DNA of 58,335 nucleotides from assembly GCA_016195715.1 (NCBI GenBank), contig JACPZA010000031.1, positions 1 to 58,335 of the forward strand. Reading direction: 5' to 3'. Positions 19,223 to 29,181 of the stretch are shown piece by piece. The notes below the pieces were generated by a model. It did no database searches, was not told the origin of the DNA, and saw only the letters and a program-made list of their open reading frames with translations. The translations under genes and the position numbers were made by a program. The first letter of the stretch is position 1. Each line of letters opens with the position of its first letter. The DNA is from Candidatus Daviesbacteria bacterium (GTDB lineage Bacteria > Patescibacteriota > Microgenomatia > Daviesbacterales > UBA10151).

Positions 19223-20968
19223 ATGTGTGGAATTTTTGGTTTAGTTGGCTCTGATAAAAATGCAGCCTCAGTAGTTTTAGAGGGTTTAAAATGCTTGGAA
19301 TATCGGGGTTATGATTCCTGGGGTGTTGGCGTAGCCAGTAATGGGCAGATAAAAATTGACAAACATTCTGGGAAAATTGGTAATTCTTTATTAAATCTTC
19401 CAGAAGGAAGTTTTGCTTTTGGGCACACTAGATGGGCAACACATGGGAAAGTGACAGATATCAATGCCCATCCTCACTTAGACTGCAGCGGAAAAATCTC
19501 TGTTGTGCATAATGGGATCATTGAAAATTATCAGCAGCTAAAATTAGAGCTTAAAAATCACCGTTCAATCTCTGAGACTGACACTGAAATTTTTGCCCAT
19601 ATTGTTGAAGATTTAAGAAAAAAGCACTCTTTAAAAGAAGCTGTTAGGCTTGGGTTTTTAAAACTTAAGGGTTTATCTGCATTTTTAGTAGCAGAAGCTG
19701 ACTCAGAAACTTTAATAGCAGTTAAAAATGGCTCTCCTTTAGTAATTGGTTTAGGCGATAAAGAAAATTTAGTAGCCTCAGATGCTCATAGCCTCATCCC
19801 TTTAACCAGAAAAATAATTTTTTTAGAAGATGGTCAATTAGCAGAGATTACAAAAAATAAAGTCAGAATTTTTGATGTTCAAACAGGTAGAGAACTAGAA
19901 CTAAAGATAGAAGAGGTTACTTTTAAAGCAATAGAGGCAGAAAAAGAAGATTATCCTCATTTTATGCTTAAAGAAATTAGTGAGGAACCAAAAGTTTTAG
20001 AAAATATTTTGCTTAATCTAAAAGAATCAATTATAAAATTTACTGATAGTTTAAAGAACCATTCAAAAGTTTATTTAGTAGCTTCAGGAAGTGCTTATTT
20101 TGCAGCTTTAGCTGGGAGTTATTTTTTCTCTAAAATTGCAGAGAAAGAATTAATTCCAGTTGCAGGAAGTGAATTTATCTATAAAGAAAAATTTTTAGAT
20201 AAAAATAGTTTAGTAGTATTTTTATCTCAAAGTGGGGAGACAATTGATATTATAGAGCCTTTAAAAAAGATCAAAGAAAAAGGCATTCAAACTGCTGCTT
20301 TAGTTAATGTTTTTGGTTCTACTTTGTATAGACTAGTTGATGAAAAAATTTGGCTTGAGGCGGGGCCAGAAATTGCAGTAGTATCTACAAAAGCTATGAT
20401 CGCTAAACTAGCAGTTTTGGGTTTATCAGCTTTTAGCTTTAATTCAAAATATGAAGCAGGAGAAAAATTGCTTTCGCAAACCATCTCAAATATGAAAGAT
20501 ATTTTAAAACAAAATCTAGACGAAGTAGTGAATTTTTTGCATGATAAAGAGCATATTTATGTAATTGGTAGAGGAATTTCTTACCCAGTTTCGCTGGAAG
20601 CAGCTTTAAAACTCAAAGAAGCTTGTTATATCCATACTGAAGGTTTCTCAGGTGGGGAATTGAAACATGGAGCTATTGCTTTAGTTGATAAAGGCACACC
20701 TTGTATTATCTTTGCACCCAAAGATGAAAGCTTTGACTCTGTTATCTCAAATGCTATGGAGATTAAAGCCAGAGGAGGGATAATTATTGGTCTAAGTGAG
20801 GAAAGAAATGAAGTTTTTGATCATTTTATTGAAGTAAAGGAGAGTGGTGATTTGACGGCAATTAATAATATTTTAATCTCCCAGCTTTTAGCTTATAAGA
20901 TAGCTATTAAGAAAGGTTTAGATCCAGATAAACCCAGAAATTTAGCTAAGTCTGTGACAGTTAAATAA
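19223..20968 (+). CDS. glmS: Glutamine--fructose-6-phosphate aminotransferase
   Basis: MCGIFG, HTRWATHG, SQSGET, PRNLAKSVTV. Confidence 0.98.
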   Translation: MCGIFGLVGSDKNAASVVLEGLKCLEYRGYDSWGVGVASNGQIKIDKHSGKIGNSLLNLPEGSFAFGHTRWATHGKVTDINAHPHLDCSGKISVVHNGIIENYQQLKLELKNHRSISETDTEIFAHIVEDLRKKHSLKEAVRLGFLKLKGLSAFLVAEADSETLIAVKNGSPLVIGLGDKENLVASDAHSLIPLTRKIIFLEDGQLAEITKNKVRIFDVQTGRELELKIEEVTFKAIEAEKEDYPHFMLKEISEEPKVLENILLNLKESIIKFTDSLKNHSKVYLVASGSAYFAALAGSYFFSKIAEKELIPVAGSEFIYKEKFLDKNSLVVFLSQSGETIDIIEPLKKIKEKGIQTAALVNVFGSTLYRLVDEKIWLEAGPEIAVVSTKAMIAKLAVLGLSAFSFNSKYEAGEKLLSQTISNMKDILKQNLDEVVNFLHDKEHIYVIGRGISYPVSLEAALKLKEACYIHTEGFSGGELKHGAIALVDKGTPCIIFAPKDESFDSVISNAMEIKARGGIIIGLSEERNEVFDHFIEVKESGDLTAINNILISQLLAYKIAIKKGLDPDKPRNLAKSVTVK

Positions 20969-20988
20969 TATTTGGTATATTCAAATAA

Positions 20989-21351
20989 ATGGTTAATAGT
21001 GTTTTTTTGGGCGAAGACAGTTTTATTTACAACCTCTATTTTGGAGATCAAAATTCCCAAACTGTTGCAGAATGTTCTGAACAGATTGATAAGCTTGCAA
21101 AAGAGTTAAGAAAACAACATAAAAAAGTTTTGATTATTGTGGATTTAACTAAAATGGGTAAAACTCACTCCAGCGCTAGAAAAGTAGGTTTAGAAGTTTT
21201 GAAAAATTTGGATTTTGATAAATTGGCAATTTTTGGAACAGATTTATATACTAAATATTTAGTGAACCTAGTAGTTTTAGCAACGGGTAGGTTAGATAAA
21301 ATTCAATATTTCTCAAATGAAGAAGAAGCTAGAGATTGGTTAAAAAAATAA
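20989..21351 (+). CDS. STAS/SEC14 (SpoIIAA-like) domain protein
   Basis: IIVDLTKM...ARK...KLAIFG...FSNEEEARDWL. Confidence 0.8.
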   Translation: MVNSVFLGEDSFIYNLYFGDQNSQTVAECSEQIDKLAKELRKQHKKVLIIVDLTKMGKTHSSARKVGLEVLKNLDFDKLAIFGTDLYTKYLVNLVVLATGRLDKIQYFSNEEEARDWLKK

Positions 21352-21352
21352 T

Positions 21353-21892
21353 ATGCAAGAGCCAACAATTAAAGGAATTTTTGTTAATAGTCATATTAAA
21401 AATTTAAAAAAGCAAAAAGGTGAGGAAGGGATTGAGGAGTTAAGAAAAAGATATGGTAAGTCAATTGAATTTAGAAATTCTGAAAATGTTCCAGTAAGAG
21501 AAGAAGTTAAAATTATTGAAATTGCTTTGCAAATTTTAACCAACGATAGTGTACCAAAAGATCAAATTGCTTTTGAAGCGGGTAAACTTCATTTTAAAGA
21601 TTTTGTAACCACCCCACTGGCTAAGATAATTTTTTCTCTATTTAGAAATAATTTTAAGTTAATGATGCTCCAATCAAAAAATATCGCCGGACATGTTTTT
21701 AATGGAGTAAAGTTTTCTTCCGAGGAGTTAGGTCCAAAACAAGCACGGGTAATAATGGAAAATAATGATTATCCAATTGATCATTTTCGAGGATTATTTC
21801 AAGAATGGATGGATTACTCAGGTTTAACTGGAGTTGTTAAAGGGAAATTAAGAAAAGATGGGAGTTATGAGTATTTAATGACTTGGCAGTAA
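21353..21892 (+). CDS. DUF2378/TIGR02265-like protein (H-NOX/4VR-like sensor fold)
   Basis: TIKGIFV start, AFEAGK..F..F..TPLAK, FRGLF, C-terminal YLMTW. Confidence 0.65.
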   Translation: MQEPTIKGIFVNSHIKNLKKQKGEEGIEELRKRYGKSIEFRNSENVPVREEVKIIEIALQILTNDSVPKDQIAFEAGKLHFKDFVTTPLAKIIFSLFRNNFKLMMLQSKNIAGHVFNGVKFSSEELGPKQARVIMENNDYPIDHFRGLFQEWMDYSGLTGVVKGKLRKDGSYEYLMTWQ

Positions 21893-21896
21893 ATTT

Positions 21897-23183
21897 ATGG
21901 AAGATAAAAATTACAAAGAGTATGCTAAAAAGATCTTAAGTCAGCTAACTCCAATTTTTGCCAAAGCTTCGGTTGGTGATTTTTCCCAAGATGTTGAGAT
22001 TCCTGATCAAGATGATGAGTTTACCCAAGTGTTTGTGGGTGTGCAAATTATGGTTGAGGTGATTAGAGAAAAAATTGCTGAACAAACAAGTTTAAATGAA
22101 GCCTTGTTAAAATCTTTAGAAGAAAAAGATGCTTTACTTGACAGTGTTGGAGATGGATTAATCGCTACAGATGAAAAAGGTCGGATTGTAGTTATGAATA
22201 AAGCAGCAGAGCAAATTTTGGGATGGACTTTAGATGAAATATTAGGTAAATTTCTAGCAGAAATTGTTTCAATCTTTGATGGTCAAGACTCCAACAAATC
22301 CTTAAGCAATCGGCCGATCACAGAAGCGCTAGTTTCTGGCAAAAAAGTAGTTGGGGATTTTTTTTATGCCAGAAAAAACCAAACAAAATTTCCAGTTGGA
22401 TTAACAGTTACTCCATATTTATTGGAAGGAAAGAGTATTGGAGCAATTGAAGTTTTTCGGGATATCACTTTCCAAAAAGAAGTTGATAAAATGAAAAGTG
22501 GATTTTTATCTTTAGCAGCCCATGAGCTTAGAACTCCTTTAGGGTTGATCCGCTGGCATTTAGAGTTGTTGTTGCAAGATCCACATAATTTTTTTTCTAA
22601 AGAAGTCAGAGAAGAGCTAAGGAAAGTTTATGGTGACAATTTAAGAATGTTAACTTTGGTTAATGATTTATTAAATGTTTCTCGAATTGATGAAGGTAAA
22701 GTTCCCAACACTCCTAAATTAATTGATATTAATCAAGAAATAAAAATGGCATTAAAAGAAGTTAGCGATTTAGTCAATAAAAAATTAATTAAAGTTAATT
22801 TTCAAACTCAAGATTTACCCCCAATTTTAATTGATCCAAAAAGATTTAAGGAAGTGATAGTTAATCTTTTAGCCAATGCTATTAAATATAATCAAGTTAA
22901 TGGTCAGCTGGACATTAATACTAAAAATGATAACCTAGAAATTGAAATTTCCATCAAAGATTCAGGAATTGGTATCCCTGATAATGCCAAAGCCCAAATT
23001 TTTAATAAATTTTTTCGGGCGGATAATGCTTCGCTTAGCGATTCTGAAGGAACTGGTTTGGGACTGTTTGTAGTTAAATCTTATGTTGAATCTTGGGGTG
23101 GGAAAATTTGGTTTGAGAGTCAACAATACCAAGGTTCAACTTTTCATTTTACCTTGCCCATAGCTAAAAAAATTCCTGCTTGA
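21897..23183 (+). CDS. Soluble PAS-domain sensor histidine kinase
   Basis: PAS (DSVGDGLIATD...NKAAE), AHELRTPL H-box, NAIKY, DSGIGI, GTGLGL. Confidence 0.95.
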   Translation: MEDKNYKEYAKKILSQLTPIFAKASVGDFSQDVEIPDQDDEFTQVFVGVQIMVEVIREKIAEQTSLNEALLKSLEEKDALLDSVGDGLIATDEKGRIVVMNKAAEQILGWTLDEILGKFLAEIVSIFDGQDSNKSLSNRPITEALVSGKKVVGDFFYARKNQTKFPVGLTVTPYLLEGKSIGAIEVFRDITFQKEVDKMKSGFLSLAAHELRTPLGLIRWHLELLLQDPHNFFSKEVREELRKVYGDNLRMLTLVNDLLNVSRIDEGKVPNTPKLIDINQEIKMALKEVSDLVNKKLIKVNFQTQDLPPILIDPKRFKEVIVNLLANAIKYNQVNGQLDINTKNDNLEIEISIKDSGIGIPDNAKAQIFNKFFRADNASLSDSEGTGLGLFVVKSYVESWGGKIWFESQQYQGSTFHFTLPIAKKIPA

Positions 23184-23212
23184 TTGACATTTAATATAAG
23201 CAATTGTAAATT
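23184..23212 (+). promoter_or_regulatory. Sigma70-like promoter of the response regulator
   Basis: TTGACA-17-TAAATT, ATG 9 nt downstream. Confidence 0.55.
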
Positions 23213-23221
23213 AGTTTAAAG

Positions 23222-23587
23222 ATGGCAACTATTTTAATTGTTGAAGATGAGAAAGAGTACCGAGATTTACTGGCTAAAAAGCTTGAACAAGCAGGTTTTA
23301 ATATTCTAACAGCTAGTGATGGTCTCCACGGAATTAATGTGCTTAAAAATAATACAATTGATCTGATTATTTTGGATTTAGTAATGCCAGAGATGGATGG
23401 AAATAGATTTTTTTACCATCTTCGAGAAACTTTAAAAAAAGATATTCCAGTTGTTATTTTAACTAATTTAACTGAAACAGCTCATTCGTCAGTGGCTAAA
23501 GATTTTATTGTTAAATCTAATACTAGTTTAGATGAAGTTGTAGAAAAAGTTAAAGCAAATTTGCCCTACAAAGAAGAAAAAACTTAA
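23222..23587 (+). CDS. Single-domain response regulator
   Basis: ILIVEDE, LDLVMPEMDG, ILTN, FIVK. Confidence 0.94.
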   Translation: MATILIVEDEKEYRDLLAKKLEQAGFNILTASDGLHGINVLKNNTIDLIILDLVMPEMDGNRFFYHLRETLKKDIPVVILTNLTETAHSSVAKDFIVKSNTSLDEVVEKVKANLPYKEEKT

Positions 23588-23593
23588 TAGTAA

Positions 23594-23622
23594 TTGACAC
23601 ACTTATAGAAAAATGCTATAAA
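23594..23622 (+). promoter_or_regulatory. Sigma70 promoter of HAF paralog 1 (extended -10)
   Basis: TTGACA-17-TATAAA with TG; ATG at 23630. Confidence 0.75.
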
Positions 23623-23629
23623 AATTTTA

Positions 23630-24630
23630 ATGTTTAAATCTTTAAGCAAAATAATTTCTGCTTCGCTACTATTTTGATTCTATTTTTATCTCCAAGCTTT
23701 GCTTTTGCTAGCCCTAGAATAATAGATTTAGGGACATATAATGGCCGAAATATTTATGTTTATGCCGTTAATAGCAGCAATCATCTAGCTGGCTCTTGTC
23801 AGGTTAGTGTTTCAGACTCTCATCCTTGTTTTTATAATGGGACTAATTGGGTGGATTTAGGCGGATTTGGAGGTCAAATTGGTTTTGCTAACAGTCTTAA
23901 TGATAGTGACCAGGTTGTAGGTGTTAGCTATGATGCTAATTTAAAACCTCATGCTTTTTTATGGCAGACTGGAGTTCTAACAGATTTGGGGGATTTAAGT
24001 ACTTTTGGTAGTAGTGCTGTAGCTATAAATAATCATGGTCAGGTTGTAGGCTATTCGTATATTGTTCAAAATCAATCCCATGCTACTTTATGGGAAAATG
24101 GACAGATTAAGGATTTAGGAACTTTGCCAGGAGGTAATATCAGTTCTGCTAATTCTATTAATAATAATGGTGATATTGTAGGAATAAGTAATGTGGCATC
24201 AGGTGACTATCATGCCTTTGTCTTTAGAAACAACCAAATGGCTGATTTAGGGGGAATTAAAACTAACACCACTCCTTTAGCTGTTAATGACTTTAGACAA
24301 TTTGTTGGTTTTACTACTAATGTTCCAGGAGCAGATGATGCTGCTTTTAGCTATAAAAATGGCAATTTTGTGACTTTGCCATGGAATAGTGGACCATCAT
24401 GGGCTAGAGATATTAACAACAAAGGTTTAGTAGTGGGGTTTGGGTATAATGCACCTCAAGGTGGGGTCAAACATGCAACTTTATGGGTTAATAATTCTGT
24501 GACAGAGTTAGGTAGTTTATCAGCATCAGGTATTAGTGAAGCTAGCTCAATTAATGATACTAATGTTATTGCTGGAGATAGTCCAGATAGTTCTGGGATA
24601 AATCATGCAGTTTTGTGGACTAAGAATTAA
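23630..24630 (+). CDS. Secreted HAF-repeat protein 1, with an apparent 1-nt frameshift in the signal peptide
   Basis: Repeats DLGTL...A.AINN.GQVVG...HAFLW; ATG 23630 reads MFKSLSKIISASLLF* and needs one extra T at 23672-23675 to join the 23674 frame. Confidence 0.82.
24079..24134 (+). repeat. 56-bp exact repeat, copy 1 (copy 2 at 25165-25220)
   Basis: catgctactttatgggaaaatggacagattaaggatttaggaactttgccaggagg. Confidence 0.9.
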
Positions 24631-24676
24631 ATTTAACTCCTAAAATTCTGTCTTGAAGAAGATTCAAAATTGCCTA

Positions 24677-24705
24677 TTGACAATCCTTATAGTTAATGCT
24701 ATAAA
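24677..24705 (+). promoter_or_regulatory. Sigma70 promoter of HAF paralog 2 (duplicated with the gene)
   Basis: TTGACA-17-TATAAA with TG; shares CTTATAG..AATGCTATAAAAA with 23594-23622; GTG 6 nt downstream. Confidence 0.75.
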
Positions 24706-24711
24706 AAAATA

Positions 24712-25722
24712 GTGAAAAAATTATTTATTCAAATAGTTTCTTTTCTAGGTTTGCTCCCACTCCTATTTTTGTCTCCTACTCTTACTTTTGCTAGTCCTAG
24801 ATTAACAGATTTAGGGACATATAATGGTAGAAGTATTCGGGTCAATAGTAGCAACATCAATAATCATGTGGTTGGATCTTGTATTGTAGATGCGATAGGA
24901 GATAGTCATGCTTGTTTTTATAATGGTACTACTTGGCAAGATTTAGGTAATTTTGCTAAAGATTTTTCTTCTGCCTTAAGCATTAATGATTTTGATCAAA
25001 TTGTTGGTTATGGTTTGGACACAACTAATACACCCAGAGCTTTTTTATGGGATAAAGGTGTGGTAAAAGACCTTGGGGGATTGAGTACTCTTGGAAGTAT
25101 AGCAGTAGCTATAAATAACAAAGGGCAGATTGTTGGTTATTCATCCATGCCTCAAAATCACAATCATGCTACTTTATGGGAAAATGGACAGATTAAGGAT
25201 TTAGGAACTTTGCCAGGAGGCAGCACTAGCGGCGCTTCTGCTATTAATGATCAAGGAGATATTGTTGGGACAAGCGATACTACTTCATTCAATCAGCATA
25301 TGTTTAGTTACAGAAACAATCAGATGGCAGATTTAGGAACTTTAAAAGCTAATACTTCACCTCTGGCTATTAATAACCAAAGACAGATAGTTGGATTTAC
25401 TACTGATTCACCTGGTGTTGATGACAGCGCTTTTGAATATCAAAATGGTAGCTTTGTTAACTTACCCTGGACTAGTGGTAACCCAAGCTGGGCCAATGAT
25501 ATTAATAATCATGGGGTAGCAGTAGGTTTTGGCTATACTGCACCACAAGGTGGACCTCGCCATGCTACTTTATGGATGAATAACTCTGTGACTGATTTAG
25601 GAGGTTTATCCACAATTCATGAAGGTAGTGTTGCAAGTTCAGTAAATGATAATGGAGTCATTGCTGGGCAAAGTCAAGATGATTCAGGAATAATTCATGC
25701 AGTTCTTTGGACACAAAACTAA
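24712..25722 (+). CDS. Secreted HAF-repeat protein 2
   Basis: Signal peptide MKKLF...TFA|SPR; same repeats, colinear with paralog 1. Confidence 0.88.
   Translation: MKKLFIQIVSFLGLLPLLFLSPTLTFASPRLTDLGTYNGRSIRVNSSNINNHVVGSCIVDAIGDSHACFYNGTTWQDLGNFAKDFSSALSINDFDQIVGYGLDTTNTPRAFLWDKGVVKDLGGLSTLGSIAVAINNKGQIVGYSSMPQNHNHATLWENGQIKDLGTLPGGSTSGASAINDQGDIVGTSDTTSFNQHMFSYRNNQMADLGTLKANTSPLAINNQRQIVGFTTDSPGVDDSAFEYQNGSFVNLPWTSGNPSWANDINNHGVAVGFGYTAPQGGPRHATLWMNNSVTDLGGLSTIHEGSVASSVNDNGVIAGQSQDDSGIIHAVLWTQN
25165..25220 (+). repeat. 56-bp exact repeat, copy 2
   Basis: Identical to 24079-24134. Confidence 0.9.
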
Positions 25723-26405
25723 AATTTAATTACTAAAATTCGATCTTTTTTAGCTAAGTCTTTTTTAATTTCAGCTTTTGATTTGGGAAGGTATCTATTT
25801 ACTTCTGCTAAAGCTAATTTGCCTTGATCCTCATCAATTTCACAAAGTAAATACTTGGGAAAAAAGTTTTTTTCATTCATTTGTTCAAACATTTTTCTAT
25901 AAACATCAAACCCATCATGTCCACCATCTAGCGCTAAAATTGGCTCAAAATCTTTAACTGAATTCTCTAATTTAGAAATTTTCCAAGTTGGGATATAGGG
26001 TAAATTTGCAACAATAATATCTGGGTTTAGCTTAACACCCTTGGGGTGGAAGGCTAAATTAGAAAATAAATCTGATTCTAGAAAAAAGATTTTATTCTCA
26101 ACTTTATTCAACTTAGCATTCTCCTCTGCTTGAACTAAAGCTTTTGAAGAGATATCTAAAGCTAAAATTCTTGCTTGAGGAAGATTTTTAGCAATGGAGA
26201 TAGCAATAACTCCAGACCCAGTACCTACATCAATAATGCGTATAGCGCGTGGGGGGTTGGGGGTATATGCTATATTTAAAACTTCATCAACTAAAATTTC
26301 TGTTTCAGGTCTTGGTATTAAAACATCAGGGGAGAGATTAAACTTAAGCTTGTAGAACTCAGTCCAGCCTTGAATATATTGAGCAGGTTTATTCTGTTGA
26401 TTCAT
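25719..26405 (-). CDS. prmC: Release factor glutamine methyltransferase, lacking most of the N-terminal domain
   Basis: [35 protein letters not shown]; overlaps prfA; start at MNQQ (26405) preferred. Confidence 0.93.
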   Translation of the reverse strand: MNQQNKPAQYIQGWTEFYKLKFNLSPDVLIPRPETEILVDEVLNIAYTPNPPRAIRIIDVGTGSGVIAISIAKNLPQARILALDISSKALVQAEENAKLNKVENKIFFLESDLFSNLAFHPKGVKLNPDIIVANLPYIPTWKISKLENSVKDFEPILALDGGHDGFDVYRKMFEQMNEKNFFPKYLLCEIDEDQGKLALAEVNRYLPKSKAEIKKDLAKKDRILVIKF

Positions 26406-27339
26406 TTGACGCTTCTTGCAAGGCTTTAATAATTGGATCAAGTTTACCTTCTAGGATATCTTCTAAATTATGCCAGGATTTATTAATTCTATGATCGGTG
26501 ATTCTATTTTGAGGATAATTATAAGTTCTAATTTTTTCATTTCGCTCACCAGTTCCCACCATTTGGGCTCTTTTGGCATCAATACTACCAAACTTTTCTT
26601 GTTGCTCTATCTCCCAAAGCTTAGCTCTAAGCAACTTCATAGCATTTTCTCTGTTTTGGAGCTGGGATCTTTCTGTCTGACAAGTTACAACTATTCCAGT
26701 TGGTAAATGTTTAATCCTAACAGCTGTATTTACTTTATTAACATTTTGTCCTCCCGCTCCACCTGATCTAAAAGCTTCAAACTCAATATCAGCTGGATTT
26801 ATAAAAACTTCTGATTCGGAAACCTCTGGTAAAACTGCCACAGTAGCAGTGGAAGTGTGGATTCTGCCAGAGCTTTCAGTTTTGGGAACTCTTTGCACTC
26901 TATGAACTCCAGATTCAAATTTTAAAAACTCAAAAGAATTTTTACCAGAAATTTTTAAAGTAATTTGTTTAATTTGACCTAAACCCCCCTCAGAGCGATC
27001 TAGCTCTTCAATTTGCCATTTTTGAGCTTCAGCAAAACGAGAGTACATTCTAAATAAATCTCCAGCAAAAAGCCCTGCTTCATCTCCACCGGCAGCTGAT
27101 CTAATTTCTAAAATTGCTACATTTGGGTTAACCTCATCCCCCTCCGCTAAAGCTTCGTGGGACAAGTCTTCTGATTCCATAGGAGTGGAAGCGGATTGCT
27201 CTAGCTCTTGTCTTTGTTTTTCTAACTCATTGATCTCTCCTTGAGCAAGTTCTGCTAACTCTGGATCTTGCAAGAGTAGCTTATTACCAGCAATTCTTTT
27301 GTCAATCTCTTCTAATTGTTCTTTTAAATAATCGTTCAT
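26389..27339 (-). CDS. prfA: Peptide chain release factor 1
   Basis: VQRVPKTE (PxT motif), [16 protein letters not shown]. Confidence 0.97.
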   Translation of the reverse strand: MNDYLKEQLEEIDKRIAGNKLLLQDPELAELAQGEINELEKQRQELEQSASTPMESEDLSHEALAEGDEVNPNVAILEIRSAAGGDEAGLFAGDLFRMYSRFAEAQKWQIEELDRSEGGLGQIKQITLKISGKNSFEFLKFESGVHRVQRVPKTESSGRIHTSTATVAVLPEVSESEVFINPADIEFEAFRSGGAGGQNVNKVNTAVRIKHLPTGIVVTCQTERSQLQNRENAMKLLRAKLWEIEQQEKFGSIDAKRAQMVGTGERNEKIRTYNYPQNRITDHRINKSWHNLEDILEGKLDPIIKALQEASNESTE

Positions 27340-27386
27340 GGATTTATTATATTCCCGACCGGAGCGTAGAAGTATTTTGAGTTTAG

Positions 27387-27710
27387 CTAAGAAGAAGCTT
27401 TGCGGGCTTGCATTAAAAGATCTTTAAGCGATGGTTTGTCAGTTTTTTTCTCCACTACTTTTTGAGCTCTAGCTTGGAGAATTTGTTGTCTTTGGATCTT
27501 TTTACCTTCAGCTTCTTTAGCTTTCTTTTGGAATCTTTCAACTTGACCTAAAGTATCCACAAATTTTTGCTGACCAGTATAAAGTGGGTGACAATTTGAA
27601 CAAATCTCCACTCTAATTTCAGGCAAAACAGAGCCTGTGGTAAAAACATTCCCACAAGCACAAGTCACTTTTGCATCGTTATACCAAGTTGGATGAATAT
27701 CTGCTTTCAT
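27387..27710 (-). CDS. rpmE: 50S ribosomal protein L31 with C-terminal extension
   Basis: [21 protein letters not shown]. Confidence 0.96.
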   Translation of the reverse strand: MKADIHPTWYNDAKVTCACGNVFTTGSVLPEIRVEICSNCHPLYTGQQKFVDTLGQVERFQKKAKEAEGKKIQRQQILQARAQKVVEKKTDKPSLKDLLMQARKASS

Positions 27711-27744
27711 AGTTTGAAAATTATACTAAAAAGAGAGTTTAGGT

Positions 27745-28188
27745 TCAAGTGATAGAAGTTTTAGTGTTGCTGGAAGTTATAATTTGATTACTAGCTTCTT
27801 CTGGTGGATTACTGGCACTTGCAGAACTTCTGGTATCAACTAATATATCTCTAGCAGCTTTTTCAGAAGGTAAGTCTTCAGTTGAAACTTGAGGCGGCTT
27901 AGTGTTCAAAAGGTCTTGTGCTACTTGGGCAACATCTGGGCCGACCTCAGCACCAGTGTTTAAAACTGCAGCTAGTGCCATAGAAGCTGCTTTTATTTTT
28001 GCCCTTTTAACTGCATCTGGATTTTTTCTATCAACTTGAGATGGTTTTTGAGATCTTTTAGCAAGATCAATTAAAGTTTGTCTAGCAGTTTTTGCAGCCC
28101 CAGTTATTTTTGTTCTTAAACTAACTTTAGCAGGAGCAATCTCTTGAGTTGGAGTAGTATCAATACTATTTTCAACTGTTTCAGCCAT
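27745..28188 (-). CDS. Hypothetical protein
   Basis: 147-aa low-complexity ORF filling the gap in a co-oriented run. Confidence 0.6.
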   Translation of the reverse strand: MAETVENSIDTTPTQEIAPAKVSLRTKITGAAKTARQTLIDLAKRSQKPSQVDRKNPDAVKRAKIKAASMALAAVLNTGAEVGPDVAQVAQDLLNTKPPQVSTEDLPSEKAARDILVDTRSSASASNPPEEASNQIITSSNTKTSIT

Positions 28189-28197
28189 AACAATACT

Positions 28198-29181
28198 TTA
28201 ACTCCTATGATGTCTATAGATCAAGTGATGATGGTGGGGTTTACCTAAAGTTCCCCAGTAAACTCCTAAAACTATTAAAACAGTTCCAATTATAAAAGAA
28301 AAAGAGATGCGCTCACCTAACAGTGGTACAGCAACAGTAGCTGTTACAGCAGGTTCAACATATTGAAACAAATTAGCTTTTACCACATCAGTTTTTTTAA
28401 GTGCCCATTCCATTAGAAAAAAAGCAACTACTGAAGATAAAATACTGATATACAAAAATCCTAAAATTCCAACTATGCTGACATTAGATACCCAATTTGG
28501 ATTTTGAAAATATTCATTAGCTGTAGGAAGAACAAAAGCTAGCGTTGCAACTAAAAAAGCTACACCAGTTAAAACAAGGGGAGAGTATTTTGACAATAAA
28601 TCTTTGGATAAAATTGTTCCAGCTACAAAGGTTAAACCAGAAAGTAGAATCAACAAATCTCCAGTCAAATTTTCAGTTGAAAAATTACCAAAAAAAAGTA
28701 AATGAATTCCTAAAATTATTCCAGCACCAATTATGCCAAGTAAACTACCAACTAAATTTATAAAATAAATGTGTTCTTTTAAAAATAACCAACCCACAAT
28801 TATTGAGGATATTGGAATGACCAAAGATAATACTGAAGCATGAATGGCCGAGGTGTTTTTAAGTCCTTCATAACCTAAAGCAATAGTAATTGGAACCATC
28901 AGTAAGCTGGCTAAAATCAATCTAGGTAAATCTTGTGATCTAATTTTAATTTTGCTTCGATCAACATTGAAAAAAAATGGAGTTAAAAGTAGACTAGCAA
29001 AAGCAAAACGCAAAAAACTTAAACTCATGACTGGAAATTCCTGCAAAGTTAATTTTCCCACAACTGCCACAATTCCCCAGATAATATGAGCAATGACTAG
29101 AGCTAGATATGGCCAGGGGATTTTGACTAGATTAAAAATCCTCACACTAAATATTGTTGAGTTTTTCCAAAAGAGTGTCAA
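28198..29181 (-). CDS. DMT/EamA family transporter
   Basis: Ten TM segments in two repeats (IIWG, LRF, FLKE, GDLL, LLGE); His-rich tail; true start probably about 50 nt downstream. Confidence 0.92.
   Translation of the reverse strand: MTLFWKNSTIFSVRIFNLVKIPWPYLALVIAHIIWGIVAVVGKLTLQEFPVMSLSFLRFAFASLLLTPFFFNVDRSKIKIRSQDLPRLILASLLMVPITIALGYEGLKNTSAIHASVLSLVIPISSIIVGWLFLKEHIYFINLVGSLLGIIGAGIILGIHLLFFGNFSTENLTGDLLILLSGLTFVAGTILSKDLLSKYSPLVLTGVAFLVATLAFVLPTANEYFQNPNWVSNVSIVGILGFLYISILSSVVAFFLMEWALKKTDVVKANLFQYVEPAVTATVAVPLLGERISFSFIIGTVLIVLGVYWGTLGKPHHHHLIYRHHRS

Noticed and set aside
23630-25722. Diversity-generating retroelement template/variable repeat pair
   Set aside because: The shared 56 bp are identical with no adenine-specific mismatches, and there is no reverse transcriptase in the window
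27352-27372. GC-rich cccgaccggagcgtag between prfA and rpmE
   Set aside because: Possibly a REP remnant, but single-copy in the window with no clear stem
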